Part shown: piece by piece, positions 9,052 through 16,223 of the stretch
How positions within the stretch are numbered: position 1 is the first letter of the stretch
Layout: each line of letters begins with the position of its first letter
DNA from: Klebsiella phage vB_KpnM-Bestiario
Sequence record: PV891801.1
Reading direction: 5' to 3' (one strand)
Length of the DNA: 24,000 bases
The notes under the pieces: model-generated
Databases searched by the model: none
What the model was told of the DNA's origin: nothing
Seen by the model: only the letters and a program-made list of their open reading frames with translations
Translations under genes and position numbers: made by a program

Positions 9052-9668
9052 TGGCAATCTATCTTCAAGGAAAATACGCTCCAATAAATCCTCAAAAGTA
9101 TGTTGGGGACGTTAAAGACATCGTCTTCCGGTCTTCTTTGGAATTAGTTGCGTTCAAGTTCTGCGATACCAATCCGGCGATTGTGAAGTGGGGGTCAGAA
9201 ACTTGCGTCATCCCTTACATCTCCCCGGTTGATGGCCGTCCACATCGTTATTTCATGGATTTGAAAGTATGGACCAGATCACCCAATAGTGAAGAACTCA
9301 AAGTCACATTGATTGAGATCAAGCCCAAAGACCAAATCAAGGAACCGAAGAAAACGAAGACAATGAAGGAATCAACCTTCAATAATTCTATGCGGACTTA
9401 TCTGGTCAATCAGGCTAAATGGACAGCAACCCGAGAGCATTGTGCAAAGATGGGTTGGTCATTTATTATCTGGACGGAAGAGCACCTTGTTCCTGGGGAA
9501 GATCCTGATGTCAAGAAGCAATTTGCTCTCAGATCTAAAATGAAAAGAGAAAAGGAAATACAAGATCGGCGGCGGGAAGAGAACATCAGGGCTCTGAAAG
9601 AACAAATGAAAAAGACCATCAAATCGAACGAACCAAAGGAACGTGATGATGGTCTCTTGTTGCCTTAA
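9051..9668 (+). CDS. 4: Head completion protein, T4 gp4-like (TnsA-like endonuclease fold)
   Basis: ATG at 9051 with SD GGAGG at 9039-9043; GKYAPINPQKYVGDVKDIVFRSSLELVAFKFCDTNPAIVKWGSE...IPY...RYFMDLKVW...IEIKPKDQ. Confidence 0.8.
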   Translation: MAIYLQGKYAPINPQKYVGDVKDIVFRSSLELVAFKFCDTNPAIVKWGSETCVIPYISPVDGRPHRYFMDLKVWTRSPNSEELKVTLIEIKPKDQIKEPKKTKTMKESTFNNSMRTYLVNQAKWTATREHCAKMGWSFIIWTEEHLVPGEDPDVKKQFALRSKMKREKEIQDRRREENIRALKEQMKKTIKSNEPKERDDGLLLP

Positions 9669-9675
9669 CTTATGA

Positions 9676-9873
9676 TCAGCTATGCCCGGGAGCTATGCAT
9701 TTTAATTTATCGCGACTGATATACCAACCATCCTTCCGGGCTTCTTTAGCACATTCAGCATATGTCTCACCCGCATATATTTTGGGATGCGACGTGCTGT
9801 ATTGGGAAGATCTGTATTGAGTGCAGTCAGCACAATCGCAATAAAGTTCCAATGAATAACCAGACACGATCAT
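9676..9873 (-). CDS. Small Cys-rich hypothetical protein
   Basis: 65-aa ORF directly downstream of the PH-domain gene; CDCADC and later Cys/His residues. Confidence 0.45.
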   Translation of the reverse strand: MIVSGYSLELYCDCADCTQYRSSQYSTSHPKIYAGETYAECAKEARKDGWYISRDKLKCIAPGHS

Positions 9874-9875
9874 AA

Positions 9876-10283
9876 TCAGTTATCCAGATGGTCGTAAATC
9901 ACGCGACGGAAATCATTCCCCTTGGCACAGCCCTTGGCAACAAGACGAGTGCCGCCAGTACCAATGACGCTGATCGTTGAAAACCGCAGGACGCGCCCGG
10001 TGATGGACTGGTCGACCTTTACGGTTTCAACTTTACCCAGACGGAGTTCATCTGCATCACGACGGATAAACCCTGTTTTGAAGATAACGCGCTTGTTGGT
10101 GACGGCAAATTCAGTCGTCAGGTTCCGAATGACCGTGGGAATCAGGAAAAACAGGCTGATACCAAAAGTCGGGACGAGGAATACAGCCACCCAGAAATAG
10201 ACCCAAAATCCACTCCACCAGGTCGGGCGGGTAAAGCCAATCACGTGTTCATTCTGGCCGAGCATACGATCTACATAACGCAT
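9876..10283 (-). CDS. Membrane protein with bacterial PH domain (bPH2/DUF304, YdbS-like)
   Basis: 135 aa; hydrophobic segment WWSGFWVYFWVAVFLVPTFGISLFFLIPTVI then TTEFAVTNKRVIFKTGFIRRDADELRLGKVETVKVDQSITGRVLRFSTISVIGTGG, the typical DUF304 pattern. Confidence 0.8.
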   Translation of the reverse strand: MRYVDRMLGQNEHVIGFTRPTWWSGFWVYFWVAVFLVPTFGISLFFLIPTVIRNLTTEFAVTNKRVIFKTGFIRRDADELRLGKVETVKVDQSITGRVLRFSTISVIGTGGTRLVAKGCAKGNDFRRVIYDHLDN

Positions 10284-10293
10284 TTTGTTTTCC

Positions 10294-10806
10294 TTACTTG
10301 TCGGGGTTTACGCAAAAGGGAGTTGTGGTCAGCTCGCCTTTATCATTAAAACTGTATTTCAGAATGGCAAATTGGTCAACCATACGATAGACTTCAATGC
10401 CGGCATTCATCATTTCTACGATACCAGTGGTGATCCTGTACGGTTCACAGTAGATCACTTTATCGATCTTGCCGCTGGCAATAATACGTTTGGTGCACTC
10501 AGGGCAAGGACTGTGAGTGACGAACATAACCAGGCCACACCAATCTACCGCATGTTGAGGTAAACGGTTCAGAGCATTTTCTTCGGCGTGAATAACACCG
10601 TCAGATACCAGCTGGCCGTCTACTTCTATTTCACACACATTAGGAGCACCGGGTGCAGTACCGTTCCAGCCAATAGCCAACGGCTGATCAACCCGAGGAT
10701 CCACGATAACACAACCGACCTGGAGACGGCGGGCATAACTGGTTTTGCCATATGCCTGAGCTGCTCTCATATGGGCAAACATCATGCGCGGCTTAATCAT
10801 GGACAT
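10294..10806 (-). CDS. cd: Deoxycytidylate (dCMP) deaminase
   Basis: 170 aa; VGCVIVD, zinc motif HAEENAL and PCPECTKRIIASGKIDKVIYCEPYR. Confidence 0.88.
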   Translation of the reverse strand: MSMIKPRMMFAHMRAAQAYGKTSYARRLQVGCVIVDPRVDQPLAIGWNGTAPGAPNVCEIEVDGQLVSDGVIHAEENALNRLPQHAVDWCGLVMFVTHSPCPECTKRIIASGKIDKVIYCEPYRITTGIVEMMNAGIEVYRMVDQFAILKYSFNDKGELTTTPFCVNPDK

Positions 10807-11137
10807 TGACCTCTTTTGAGAACATGAAGATCAGGTCTTCACCGTCAAATTTGCATGAAACTGCCAGGGATGCGACCCAGCTATGGATGATATTGCTGAT
10901 GACGGTTCGCATTTCGTCTTTCAGTGTATCATTGACTTCGCGGCCTGCGAATTTCTCAAGCGCGGTGGTTATGACATTATCGGCATGAGGATAATGATTG
11001 ACATAACGCATCAGATATTTCTCACGAAGAACGATTTTGTCCGTAAGGTCAGACAACTCCGCAGCTTCTTCTGAATAAAGGCGTTCTTTGGCCTTCAATT
11101 CTAACACACGTTCATACAACTCTTTTAGCGGCAACAT
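10793..11137 (-). CDS. Hypothetical protein (114 aa)
   Basis: ORF with SD-like AGGAG upstream (minus CAGGAGATACCATTATG); overlaps the dCMP deaminase start. Confidence 0.6.
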   Translation of the reverse strand: MLPLKELYERVLELKAKERLYSEEAAELSDLTDKIVLREKYLMRYVNHYPHADNVITTALEKFAGREVNDTLKDEMRTVISNIIHSWVASLAVSCKFDGEDLIFMFSKEVNVHD

Positions 11138-11158
11138 AATGGTATCTCCTGATGAATT

Positions 11159-11180
11159 AAGGAGAGTATATACTCTCCTT
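11159..11180. repeat. Perfect 22-nt palindrome AAGGAGAGTATATACTCTCCTT followed by T-run on + strand
   Basis: Read directly; + strand continues TTTC; lies between the 11200-11595 and 10793-11137 minus-strand genes. Confidence 0.9.
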
Positions 11181-11199
11181 TTTCAATACGCTTTCAAAT

Positions 11200-11595
11200 T
11201 TAGTTCAGGCAGATTTCTCTCCCCAGCGCAGTCAGGCGATAGAACTGGATCACTTTCCCACGAGCATAGCGGTAATTGCCGTCAGGGGCGTCATGGCCGC
11301 CATCATGGGTTACAGTAAACCAAGGCTCAATCAACCCTTTCTTGAGCAGAGACTCCCCGGTTTGGGTATCCCAAGGATCACCCAGGACGTTGGTCAGATG
11401 CCGGCTCGGGGTAAAATTCCAAACACGGACACCCTTTTCGTTCTTCCAGGACTTGACACAGCGTTTTTCATGACGACCATGGCGAGTGAGGCGAACGCCG
11501 TCCTCAAAATTACGCATACCCAGCATATAATTCAATTGATGAGCCGTATAGCGAGGCCACTTTTGAGTTTTCACAACAGTATCTTTCGCTTTCAT
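11200..11595 (-). CDS. Hypothetical protein (131 aa)
   Basis: ORF in operon context; its start overlaps the end of the HAD-like ORF. Confidence 0.6.
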   Translation of the reverse strand: MKAKDTVVKTQKWPRYTAHQLNYMLGMRNFEDGVRLTRHGRHEKRCVKSWKNEKGVRVWNFTPSRHLTNVLGDPWDTQTGESLLKKGLIEPWFTVTHDGGHDAPDGNYRYARGKVIQFYRLTALGREICLN

Positions 11596-11963
11596 AATAT
11601 TCTCGCTCTTTCAAGGATGATTTCAACTTCACCCCAATCCACGAAGGGGCGCTTAGACATTGGGTCATAACTCAGAGGACAACCAAGAGCGGCATCGTCA
11701 ATATACAATTGCGCATATGCTTTTGGTGAATCTGTCCATTCATGCTGTGTCGGATTCTTGTTGATACCATACAGCGGGATATCAAATGACTGGAACCAAT
11801 CAACCGCTTCTTCAAGTTGTTTCCCGCTGCGCATGGTGAACAGAATCAGAAGATGATTTTTATCCACCAACTTTTTTAGAACCTCTACAGCACCAATATG
11901 GCGTCCGATAAGGGGATATTCATGGGTAACACATGTCCCATCAAAATCGATACCGATTATCAT
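11592..11963 (-). CDS. HAD-superfamily phosphatase-like hydrolase
   Basis: Likely start MIIGIDFDGT at 11963; motif I DFDGT, motif II-like LFTMRSGK, late acidic YIDD. Confidence 0.7.
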   Translation of the reverse strand: MIIGIDFDGTCVTHEYPLIGRHIGAVEVLKKLVDKNHLLILFTMRSGKQLEEAVDWFQSFDIPLYGINKNPTQHEWTDSPKAYAQLYIDDAALGCPLSYDPMSKRPFVDWGEVEIILERARIL

Positions 11964-12020
11964 GATTTTATCTCTTAGATTATGGATTAGCCTCAATAAT
12001 ACGTCATTTCGTATATAGAA

Positions 12021-12038
12021 AAGCCCCTTACGGGGCTT
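12021..12038 (-). terminator. Short GC hairpin with minus-strand TTTTC tail; stop codon of the upstream gene is in the loop
   Basis: AAGCCCC-TTAC-GGGGCTT; minus strand reads GCCCCGTAAGGGGCTTTTC, TAA stop at 12030-12028. Confidence 0.55.
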
Positions 12039-12324
12039 CATCTTTATCAGATTTATAAACTTCCCATCGGCCTATTCCACGCCATTCACCAAGATCGTTC
12101 CAGGTGCGAGTCCCTACCCAGCCACCAACTTCATAATAATGACATATACATGCCCAGAAGTCTTTGAAAGTTACTTTCCGAGTTGGTTTCACACATGCGA
12201 TTTGCCAGCGGGTTAAGCTGATTGCCTGGAACAATGGATGGATATAATTGCTATAGACCAAATAAATTGCGATGAGCACAATGCATCCCACAAATAACAT
12301 ACCGATGGCAGTGAAAACAAACAT
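12028..12324 (-). CDS. Small protein with N-terminal transmembrane helix
   Basis: Likely start MFVFTAIGMLFVGCIVLIAIYLVYSNYI at 12324, 1-nt overlap with the upstream stop (TAATG). Confidence 0.6.
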   Translation of the reverse strand: MFVFTAIGMLFVGCIVLIAIYLVYSNYIHPLFQAISLTRWQIACVKPTRKVTFKDFWACICHYYEVGGWVGTRTWNDLGEWRGIGRWEVYKSDKDEAP

Positions 12325-12953
12325 TATTCCACCTTTAACCCCATCAGATCTTCCATGGTTTTCTGGATGCGGAGCCAATCCAGCGCAGCATCATAACGAG
12401 GATCATGGTATACCATACCTTCCAGTTCCCATGCCTTGATGCCGGCATAGCGATCCATCTGGCCAACACCTTTCAGCCAGCTTACGATATCAAACGTGTG
12501 GTGGTAATCCCATGGCTCATTGGAGTATTGCCCGCAGGTCACTTCAATGATGTGTTGGGCCTTACGCAGATCAAACAGGTTGCGGTCACACCAGTCGACA
12601 GACCGGGGATCAACGCCCAGGCGATGACATCCTTTGCGGATCTCGTCGGCGAGTTGATAGATGGAGATATCGTCTTCCTTCGGATAAAGGCTGACTTCAC
12701 GGGCAGCATCACATGGATTATATTTCCCGTTCCCCAGCCACCAATCGACGGTCACTTTTTCTTTAACGCGACCGAGTTCCATTTGCTCTTTGACGTTCAG
12801 CTTAATGAATGTGGTGCGTTCTTCGACCAGTTGCTGAAGAGTATAACGCTTGGTCAAATCAGCTATTGTCTGCGCCCAGGACAACACAACAGCATCATCC
12901 CAGCGGCCGAGAGTTTCACTGTCAGCCACAGCCAAAAAATTTGATTTATACAT
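12324..12953 (-). CDS. Hypothetical protein (209 aa)
   Basis: Likely start MYKSNFL at 12953; 8-nt overlap with the end of the macro-domain gene. Confidence 0.65.
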   Translation of the reverse strand: MYKSNFLAVADSETLGRWDDAVVLSWAQTIADLTKRYTLQQLVEERTTFIKLNVKEQMELGRVKEKVTVDWWLGNGKYNPCDAAREVSLYPKEDDISIYQLADEIRKGCHRLGVDPRSVDWCDRNLFDLRKAQHIIEVTCGQYSNEPWDYHHTFDIVSWLKGVGQMDRYAGIKAWELEGMVYHDPRYDAALDWLRIQKTMEDLMGLKVE

Positions 12954-13551
12954 TTTCACCCTCCACGCGGATGATTTCTTCTTCAGAATCGACGACGTTG
13001 ATGTCATCACCCAGCGCATTCAGATTTTCCATGTCTTCCGCGAACTTGTCTACTTCCATGATGTAGAACACTGGGACAACCCGGCGGCGCGTATCTTCAT
13101 ACAATGTTTCAGCCAGCGCTTCCACCTGGCGTACAACGTCATAAAGATTCAGGCCACCGATACCACAGCCAATAGCGGGAAGGCCGATATAGACCGTTTC
13201 AGTGTCCTTCGCTTCCATGATCTCGTGAAGTTGTTCAAACATCACCTGCACAGAACTGATAACGGAAGGCATACGGGCATTTGGACCCGTATAGAATTGA
13301 GTGTACAGGTTGAAGCCCCAAACACCTGTGTCCCGATCAAACGCATACGACATACCACCGAGACGCTGCTCCGGGCCGCGCTCGTCGTTTTGGTCTGCAC
13401 GCCAGACATCAGGGAAGCCGAGACGGACAAAGTTGGCGATACCCGCCCCCATTACCGACCAGCAATTCGCGCCGTGGGCGAATCCGTTAATAAGATTGAA
13501 ACTTTTCGCGGCTTCCAACAAATCCCCACCGCGGACGATATACGTTGTCAT
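12946..13551 (-). CDS. Macro-domain (ADP-ribose-binding/ADP-ribosylglycohydrolase-like) protein
   Basis: 201 aa; GFAHGANCWSVMGAGIANFVRLGFPDVWRAD and VYIGLPAIGCGIGGLNLYDVVRQVEAL are the two canonical ADP-ribose-binding loops of the macro fold. Confidence 0.85.
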   Translation of the reverse strand: MTTYIVRGGDLLEAAKSFNLINGFAHGANCWSVMGAGIANFVRLGFPDVWRADQNDERGPEQRLGGMSYAFDRDTGVWGFNLYTQFYTGPNARMPSVISSVQVMFEQLHEIMEAKDTETVYIGLPAIGCGIGGLNLYDVVRQVEALAETLYEDTRRRVVPVFYIMEVDKFAEDMENLNALGDDINVVDSEEEIIRVEGENV

Positions 13552-13775
13552 ATAATTCTTCTCCAGGTAATGTTGATGTCATCAACAAATTCAAGACAAA
13601 AAACGCCGCTATGCCCTTCACTATTGTTGATGGACACGATAGATGTTCTCTCGTCAGTGGCGATGAGGTTAACCCCAAACCCTTTGGACATTAAACGGAA
13701 AGCAATTTCTTTTACGATCCGATTGAGATACGCAGGGGTGGTCGCCGGGTCAAAATACTTCTCAAATTCGGGCAT
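13548..13775 (-). CDS. Small hypothetical protein (75 aa)
   Basis: ORF stop overlaps the macro-domain start as ATGA (13548-13551). Confidence 0.5.
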   Translation of the reverse strand: MPEFEKYFDPATTPAYLNRIVKEIAFRLMSKGFGVNLIATDERTSIVSINNSEGHSGVFCLEFVDDINITWRRII

Positions 13776-13802
13776 ATGTGACTCTATGCTGTAAAGGTGT
13801 TA

Positions 13803-13820
13803 GGCGGTAATATTACCGCC
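13803..13820. repeat. Perfect 18-nt palindrome GGCGGTAATATTACCGCC followed by TTTTT on + strand
   Basis: Read directly; located between two minus-strand genes. Confidence 0.9.
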
Positions 13821-13827
13821 TTTTTGT

Positions 13828-14232
13828 TCAATAAAGGTCTTCGGAGAAAAGCTGATTGAAAGGAGTATTCTTCAGACGAACTTGGTTAACTTGCCCGGCT
13901 TCTTTGGCGACGATAGCCGCTTCTTCACGGGTGAGGAAATTTCCTTCGTTATCGATAAACCCTTGTTCCCTGGTGTGAGTTGAACTGATAACTCCCGCCT
14001 CTTTTAGAATTCTTAATTGCGAATTCATGAATCGGCTGTGGTGACGATCAGCGACCACGATCACGTCACCATATTTGTTGGCTGCGGCCACAACACGGCG
14101 CTGCCATTGGCCTTCTTTGGGTAGATCCCGAGCATACAAGGCAACCATTGTATGATCTGGGGTCCCTTTGACCTCAGAGAACAATCTTCCTGTGCCGCCG
14201 GGGAGTTCGCGGAAATAACCAAGTAGTTTCAT
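13828..14232 (-). CDS. Hypothetical protein (134 aa)
   Basis: ORF in a close-packed operon. Confidence 0.6.
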   Translation of the reverse strand: MKLLGYFRELPGGTGRLFSEVKGTPDHTMVALYARDLPKEGQWQRRVVAAANKYGDVIVVADRHHSRFMNSQLRILKEAGVISSTHTREQGFIDNEGNFLTREEAAIVAKEAGQVNQVRLKNTPFNQLFSEDLY

Positions 14233-14235
14233 AAT

Positions 14236-14550
14236 CTATTCAATCCATATTTCAGGTTCAGGAATATCGACCATATCCACAGTCTGGTTTTTCAGATCGT
14301 GAAAACAGTCGCCAAGAAATTGTATTTTGCCATTTGTCAAGAACAAATGGCAGCGTGAGCCTGGGCGATCTTTAAACACCAATAGACTTGGAGTGAAAGT
14401 GGGTGCAACAACGTCATTGTTCCACGCCCAGATCGGGCCTTGTTCTGGAGAACCCTTCACGCGATATGGGTGAAGCATATTACAACCAGGACATTGAAAA
14501 TATAAAGAATCACCCATAGACAATAATTTTGAACTCAGGAATCTGCTCAT
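14236..14550 (-). CDS. DUF6527-like protein (family often misnamed ammonia monooxygenase in phages)
   Basis: 104 aa; FQCPGCNMLHPYRV...PIWAWNNDVVAPTFTPSLLV...CHLFLTNGKIQFLGDCFHDLKNQTVDM. Confidence 0.65.
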   Translation of the reverse strand: MSRFLSSKLLSMGDSLYFQCPGCNMLHPYRVKGSPEQGPIWAWNNDVVAPTFTPSLLVFKDRPGSRCHLFLTNGKIQFLGDCFHDLKNQTVDMVDIPEPEIWIE

Positions 14551-14840
14551 CAGCTGTCCATCTCCTCATATGGATTGTAAGGGCGCAATTCCCCGATAAG
14601 TTTAGGCAACAAGGCGAAGCCGAACAGATTGAAGGAACGCATAGTGCCTACCATGACAACATCATCGTCTTCGTCAGTGATATCTTTCAAAGAACATATG
14701 GGGACATAGGCATCGAAGTCTTCTCCTTCCCCTTCTTCTACAAGGGCGAATGCGACTTCTTCTGATATGAAGCGAGGGATGCATATGTCAAGCACCCAGG
14801 CAAGGAATACAAGAACGGAAATGCTGCGGAAATAGAACAT
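14550..14840 (-). CDS. Small hypothetical protein with N-terminal hydrophobic segment
   Basis: Likely start MFYFRSISVLVFLAWVLDICI at 14840 (ORF open from 14870); TGATG overlap with the next gene. Confidence 0.5.
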   Translation of the reverse strand: MFYFRSISVLVFLAWVLDICIPRFISEEVAFALVEEGEGEDFDAYVPICSLKDITDEDDDVVMVGTMRSFNLFGFALLPKLIGELRPYNPYEEMDS

Positions 14841-14861
14841 ATTAAAGCCCTCGCAGGTGGC

Positions 14862-14878
14862 GGGGGCCAAAAGCCCCC
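14862..14878. other. Intercistronic GC hairpin (GGGGGC-CAAAA-GCCCCC)
   Basis: 6-bp stem directly downstream of the gp52-like stop, no U-tract on the minus strand. Confidence 0.5.
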
Positions 14879-14882
14879 TGTA

Positions 14883-16223
14883 TTATAGATCGAGCAGAGT
14901 TTCCAACTCGTCTAGATCTTCGTTGTAAAGATCTATATCCTGTTTCTTATTTAACTCGTCCCGTTGAATTTCCAGATTCTTGATCTGGTTCAACAGGCGC
15001 TCGCGGGCGTCCAATGTAATCGAGGATAGAGACATCTTGAACAAATCGTCAAGATCACCATCAAAGTCCGGGTAATCTTGAATAAAGAGAGATTTAAGAA
15101 CATCAATTTTCTGCCGTAGATCTATTTTTGTCGCCCATTCAATGAACAAGGCACGATTGTTCATTTTGTGGATACGGGCGTTGAGGTCAGCCAACAGATA
15201 TTGGCGACGATCTTCATACCGTTCCAGCCTATAGTTGAAGAATACGTACAGCATATCTTTCCAACCATTGAAACGTTGGATAATACCGCATTCGTTCCAG
15301 GATGTCCAGGTCGGCATTTCAGCTGAGTACAGCCGGAACATCTGTTCAACTTTGGCGTCATCTAGTTTAGACAATTCACCACGTTTGAACACAACAGTGA
15401 TATCCCAACCATCTTCTGTAGAATCGTTGGAATACTCCGTGAGAATCCCTGATTTATACAGCGGAAGAATAATCTTGGTTTCATAATCCTTGGCGAACCA
15501 GCCCACCGGGACTTCAGTTATGCGTAGGGTAGTGGCATTGATACGTTCGTACACACCGCGACAGTACACTCGGCCTTCCTCAGTGTATCCTGTCTCCCCC
15601 TTGTAACCATTCCAATACGGTTTCAAGTCATTTGGGTCTTCGCCACGGAGAAGCGCTCTCAGGGCATCCAGAACAGACTTTATGCTATGGCATGGGGTTT
15701 TGGTAGCATAGCCGCTACCGATACCGTTCATACCATTCACGAGGAACATCGGAATAACCGGCAGGAAAAACTTTGGTTCCAGCCTTTCCTCACCAAGATA
15801 ATTGTATTCCAGAATGCCTTCATCTTCTTTCCGATAGATCTTACGAATCACGCCGGATACTGCCACAGAAATATATCGCGGTGATGACGCTTCTTTACCC
15901 ATGATTGAGCCGAACTGACCATCACGATCAAAATACGGGATATTGTTCGTCCCTGGGAAAGCCTGTGCCATATTGACGATAGTGTTGCTCATGTTCTCAC
16001 CACCAGATTTGTAATTGGTACGGGCGGCGGAAAACATACCCAGGCGGTCAACAATCTCTTCCTTACCGTATTCCAACGCAGCGAACAAAATTTTTCGCTG
16101 GCTGGGCTTGAGGCTGTCAATTAACAGAGGAATTTGGCGAACGCTGTTAACAACCGAAAATTCCTTATGATCGGTGTTAACAAATGATGTCACAGTAATG
16201 CTTTTGGCAACCATCTTATTCAT
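14883..16223 (-). CDS. 52: Type II DNA topoisomerase, medium (GyrA/ParC-like) subunit, T4 gp52-like
   Basis: Likely start at 16223 or 16214 (ORF open from 16298); LIDSLKPSQRKILFAAL...GQFGSIMGKEASSPRYISV (catalytic Tyr region), VIPMFLVNGMNGIGSGYAT; ends without a GyrA beta-pinwheel domain. Confidence 0.92.
   Translation of the reverse strand: MNKMVAKSITVTSFVNTDHKEFSVVNSVRQIPLLIDSLKPSQRKILFAALEYGKEEIVDRLGMFSAARTNYKSGGENMSNTIVNMAQAFPGTNNIPYFDRDGQFGSIMGKEASSPRYISVAVSGVIRKIYRKEDEGILEYNYLGEERLEPKFFLPVIPMFLVNGMNGIGSGYATKTPCHSIKSVLDALRALLRGEDPNDLKPYWNGYKGETGYTEEGRVYCRGVYERINATTLRITEVPVGWFAKDYETKIILPLYKSGILTEYSNDSTEDGWDITVVFKRGELSKLDDAKVEQMFRLYSAEMPTWTSWNECGIIQRFNGWKDMLYVFFNYRLERYEDRRQYLLADLNARIHKMNNRALFIEWATKIDLRQKIDVLKSLFIQDYPDFDGDLDDLFKMSLSSITLDARERLLNQIKNLEIQRDELNKKQDIDLYNEDLDELETLLDL

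Noticed and set aside
12946-13551. Macro gene as the antitoxin half of a complete DarTG-type toxin-antitoxin system
   Set aside because: No ART/DarT toxin motif is visible in the adjacent ORFs; the 209-aa neighbour does not show one by eye.
12850-13794. 314-aa + strand ORF
   Set aside because: Antisense to the macro-domain gene and its neighbours, which have clear motifs and tight start/stop overlaps on the minus strand.
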